Source of the DNA: Candidatus Deferrimicrobiaceae bacterium
GTDB taxonomy: Bacteria; Desulfobacterota; Deferrimicrobia; Deferrimicrobiales; Deferrimicrobiaceae
Reading direction: 5' to 3'
Length of the DNA stretch: 64,000 nt
Assembly: GCA_963725055.1 (NCBI GenBank)
Contig: CAVRXE010000004.1
Coordinates: forward strand, 7,808 to 71,807
Shown here piece after piece: positions 60,905 through 64,000 of the stretch. The notes beneath the pieces were generated by a model. It ran no database searches, was not told the origin of the DNA, and saw only the letters and a program-made list of their open reading frames with translations. How positions within the stretch are numbered: position 1 is the stretch's first letter; each line of letters opens with the position of its first letter. The position numbers and the translations under genes were made by a program.

Positions 60905-62536
60905 TTGCGTCGATCGACGGCAACGAGGAGGCTCGCCTTGCGTGGACATTCGAACGGGAACCGGGCAGACGATCTCTCCTTCCACGGAATCCGGAAGGCC
61001 GAGGCCGTCTGGTGGAACCTCTCGCGTTCGGCGCTGCTCGAGCAGTCGCTGCGGCGTCGCGAAGGGCACCTGGCGGCTTCCGGTCCCCTCGTTGTGCGGA
61101 CCGGCGAGTACACCGGCAGGTCCCCCAATGACCGATTCTTCGTGAGGGAACCCGGAAGCGAACGGTCGATCCAATGGGGAACGACGAACCGCCCCTTCGA
61201 CGCCGGTATGTACGAGGCGCTCCGGGCCCGGCTGTTCGCCTACCTCGAAGGGAGGGAACTTTTCGTCCAGGATTGCTGGGCCGCTGACAAGGAGCTGCGC
61301 TCCCATCCGGGTCATCACGCAGCACGCGTTCCATTCGCTGTTTTCGCGCAACATGTTCATCCCGGTGACGGATCCGGCCGAGCCGCAGATGCACGCGCCG
61401 AAGTTCACCATCATCAATGCGCCGGGCTTCCATCCCGCCCCATCGACGGCACGAAGAGCGAAGCGTTCATTGATCCATTTCGCCGCAAGGTAGTGCTGAT
61501 CGGCGGCACCCGTACGCGGGCGAGATCAAGAAGTCGATCTTCACCGTGATGAACTACCTGCTGCCCGGCGCGGCGTGCTGCCGATGCACTGCACGGCCAA
61601 CGTACGGACGCGACGACGGGGACACGGCGGTGTTCTTCGGTCTGTCGGGAACGGGGAAGACGACGCTCTCCGCGGATCCCGAGCGGACGCTGATCGGCGA
61701 CGACGAGCACGGCTGGAGCGAGCGCGGGTCTTCAACTTCGAGGGCGGGTGCTACGCCAAGGTGATCAGGCTCTCCCCGGAGGCGAGCCGGAGATCCACGC
61801 GACGACGGGGATGTTCGGGACGATCCTCGAGAACGTGGTAATGGACATCGAGACGCGGCAGATCGACCTGAACGACGCGACGCCTCACGGAGAACACCCG
61901 CGCGTCCTACCCGCTCTCCTCCATCCCGAATCGCCCCCCGAGGGCGCGGTCGGCCATCCGAAGAACATCGTGATGCTGACGGCGGATGCCTTCGGGGTGC
62001 TTCCGCCGATCTCGTCGATGACGCCGGAACAGGCGATGTACCACTTCCTCTCCGGCTATACGGCCAAGGTGGCCGGGACCGAGCGGGGGGTCGATGGAGC
62101 CGCAGGCCACGTTCAGCACCTGTTTCGGCGCGCCGTTTATGGCGCTCGACCCTTCCGTCTACGCGAAGCTCCTCGGGGAGAAGATCGCCGCGCACGACGT
62201 CAAGGTCTGGCTGGTCAATACGGGGTGGACCGGCGGTCCGTATGGCACGGGGCACCGGATAGAGATCGGTCACACAAAGGCGATGCTCCGCGCTGCGCTT
62301 TCCGGAAAGCTGGACGGTGTCGAGATGCGGGTGGATCCGGTCTTCGGATGCGCGTACCGGGGAACTGCCCGGGGGTGCCGACCGAGGTCCTGGATCCGAG
62401 GTCGACGTGGAAGGACCGTGCGGCGTACGACCGGACAGCGCGGAAGCTGGCCGGGATGTTTTACGAGAACTTTGCCCAGTATGCCGATCAGGTGACGTCC
62501 GAGGTCCTGGCCGCGGGTTTCCGAAACCCGGGCTGA
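60905..62536 (+). pseudogene. pckA: phosphoenolpyruvate carboxykinase (ATP), about 7-8 frame disruptions
   Basis: [123 protein letters not shown], and the end ...[24 protein letters not shown]. Confidence 0.85.
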
Positions 62537-62567
62537 CCCGTTCCTCTCCTTCGTCCGGCGGCGGGAA

Positions 62568-63490
62568 TCATTTCCTGAACAACACCGCGATCTCGCCCAC
62601 GATGCCGCGGCGGAACGCCAACACGCAGATGACGAAAATCGTGCCGGTGATCACGATCACCCATTCGCCGATGTTCGCGCCGTAATTCTGTATGCCGACC
62701 ACGACGATCGCGCCGATGACGGGCCCGAATACCGTCCCCATCCCGCCCAGCAGGGTCATCAGCACCACTTCCCCCGACGTGTGCCAGTGCACATCGGTGA
62801 GAGACGCCAGCTGGAACACCAGGCTCTTGGTCGCCCCCGCCAGGCCCGAAAGGGCCGCCGATAGCACAAACGCGGTCAATTTGTATTTCTCCACGTCGTA
62901 ACCGAGGGAAATCGCCCTCGGCTCGTTCTCCCGAATCGCCTTGAGCACCTGGCCGAACGGGGAGTGGATCGTCCGGAAGATGATCCAGAACCCCGCCAGG
63001 AAGACCGCGAACACGAAGTAGTACATGCACAGGGGCTGCATCAGGTCGATCATGCCGAAAAGCCTCCCGCGGGCACTCCCTGCAGCCCGTCCTCTCCCCC
63101 CGTGAAAGGCATCTGCAGACACATGAAGAAAACCATCTGCGCCAGGGCCAAAGTGATCATCGCGAAGTAGATCCCCGAGCGCCGGATCGCCAGGCTGCCG
63201 AAAACGTACCCGAGCGCCGCGGCCGTCGCGGTTCCAGCGAGGATGCCGATCTCCGGCTGGAACCCGAGGACTTTGACGGTATGGCCCGTGACGTACCCGG
63301 CGGTGCCGAGGAACGCAGCGTGCCCGAAGGAGAGGAGGCCGGAGTAGCCGAGGAGCAGGTTGAACGCGCACGCGAACAGCGCGAAACACAGGATCTTCAT
63401 CGCGAACACCGGGTACACCAGGAAGGGAGCCGCGATACCGAAAACGACGAGCAGTCCCCAGGCAACGGTATTCATTTTGACCGGGGGCAT
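62568..63490 (-). pseudogene. livM: branched-chain amino acid ABC transporter permease LivM-type, one frameshift near 63060
   Basis: MPPVKMNTVAWGLLVVFGIAAPFLV...LLGYSGLLSFGHAAFLGTAGY. The C-terminal half, ...SPFGQVLKAIRENEPRAISLGYDVEKYKLTAFVLSAALSGLAGA..., is in a second frame. Confidence 0.85.
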
Positions 63491-63493
63491 GCC

Positions 63494-64000
63494 TTACCGC
63501 TCCCTGCCGAACAGCCCCGCCGGCCGCACCAGCAGAACGATGGCCATGATCACGAAGATGGTCACCGCCGACGCCTCGGGGGAAAGGAGCAGCTTGATCG
63601 GATAGACGATGGACCCCGCCACGGGAACAGAATCGAACACATTGCTGAGCAGGTTGGCGATCATCCCGGACTTGACGATCCCCTCCATCAGGCCGAGCCC
63701 GAGGCCGGTCACGATGGAGCCCATGATCGACCCCATGCCGCCGACCACCACGACCGCGAACACGACGATGATGAGGTTCGACCCCATCACCGGGTTCACG
63801 TTGAAGATCGGCGCGGCAAGGACGCCGGCGAAGGCGGCCAGCGCCACGCCGTACCCGTAGGTCAGCGTGATCATCAGCGGCACGTTGACCCCGAACGCCT
63901 GCAGCAGCTGCGGATTCTCCGTCCCGGCCCGCAGATAGGACCCGAGCTTGGTGCGCTCGATGACGTACCACGTGACGAAGCATACGACCAGCGAAGCCGC
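63494..64000 (-). CDS. livH: branched-chain amino acid ABC transporter permease LivH-type (5' end outside the window)
   Basis: ...LGSYLRAGTENPQLLQAFGVNVPLMITLTYGYGVALAAFAGVLAAPIF...VVVVGGMGSIMGSIVTGLGLGLMEG.... The frame stays open to the window edge, and the stop lies 4 nt before livM. Confidence 0.8.
   Translation of the reverse strand, partial: AASLVVCFVTWYVIERTKLGSYLRAGTENPQLLQAFGVNVPLMITLTYGYGVALAAFAGVLAAPIFNVNPVMGSNLIIVVFAVVVVGGMGSIMGSIVTGLGLGLMEGIVKSGMIANLLSNVFDSVPVAGSIVYPIKLLLSPEASAVTIFVIMAIVLLVRPAGLFGRER

Overview
High-G+C, almost fully coding segment of a Gram-negative-type bacterial chromosome. I saw no rRNA, tRNA, CRISPR array, transposase or integrase. It falls into three zones. 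(i) 1-17.7 kb holds housekeeping genes, nearly all on the minus strand: ogt, uvrA, pdxA, three SurA/parvulin paralogues, mfd, nadA, gpsA, a TPR lipoprotein and gyrA. Several of these have broken reading frames. (ii) 17.7-40.1 kb holds 22 consecutive genes with uninterrupted frames. These are a dynamin-like GTPase, a fluoride riboswitch with crcB and DUF190, DUF815, an SDR, and a visibly lower-G+C OmpA/DUF4398 pair. An alcohol/aldehyde plus Mo/W-cofactor island follows: an AcoR-like sigma-54 activator, adh-MOSC-moaC, aldh-DUF779, a sigma-54-promoted aor-moaD-thiF-modE-moeA operon, a moaA remnant, a tungsten-cofactor-type radical SAM maturase and two adjacent family III CoA-transferases. (iii) 40.1-64 kb opens with a 251-nt polypyrimidine tract, after which almost every gene has several frame disruptions. 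It contains a DUF1329-DUF1302-RND-BNR cluster, a quinohemoprotein amine dehydrogenase (qhp) locus, a Tat-signal aldo/keto reductase, a DEAD-box helicase, pckA and livHM. The most interesting point is the qhp locus. It lacks the O2-dependent flavin hydroxylase qhpG and carries two U32-family (UbiU/UbiV-like) genes inside the operon. Its QhpC precursor also seems to lack the usual CTQ cysteine. All calls come from reading the translations and comparing them with remembered family motifs; no searches were run.
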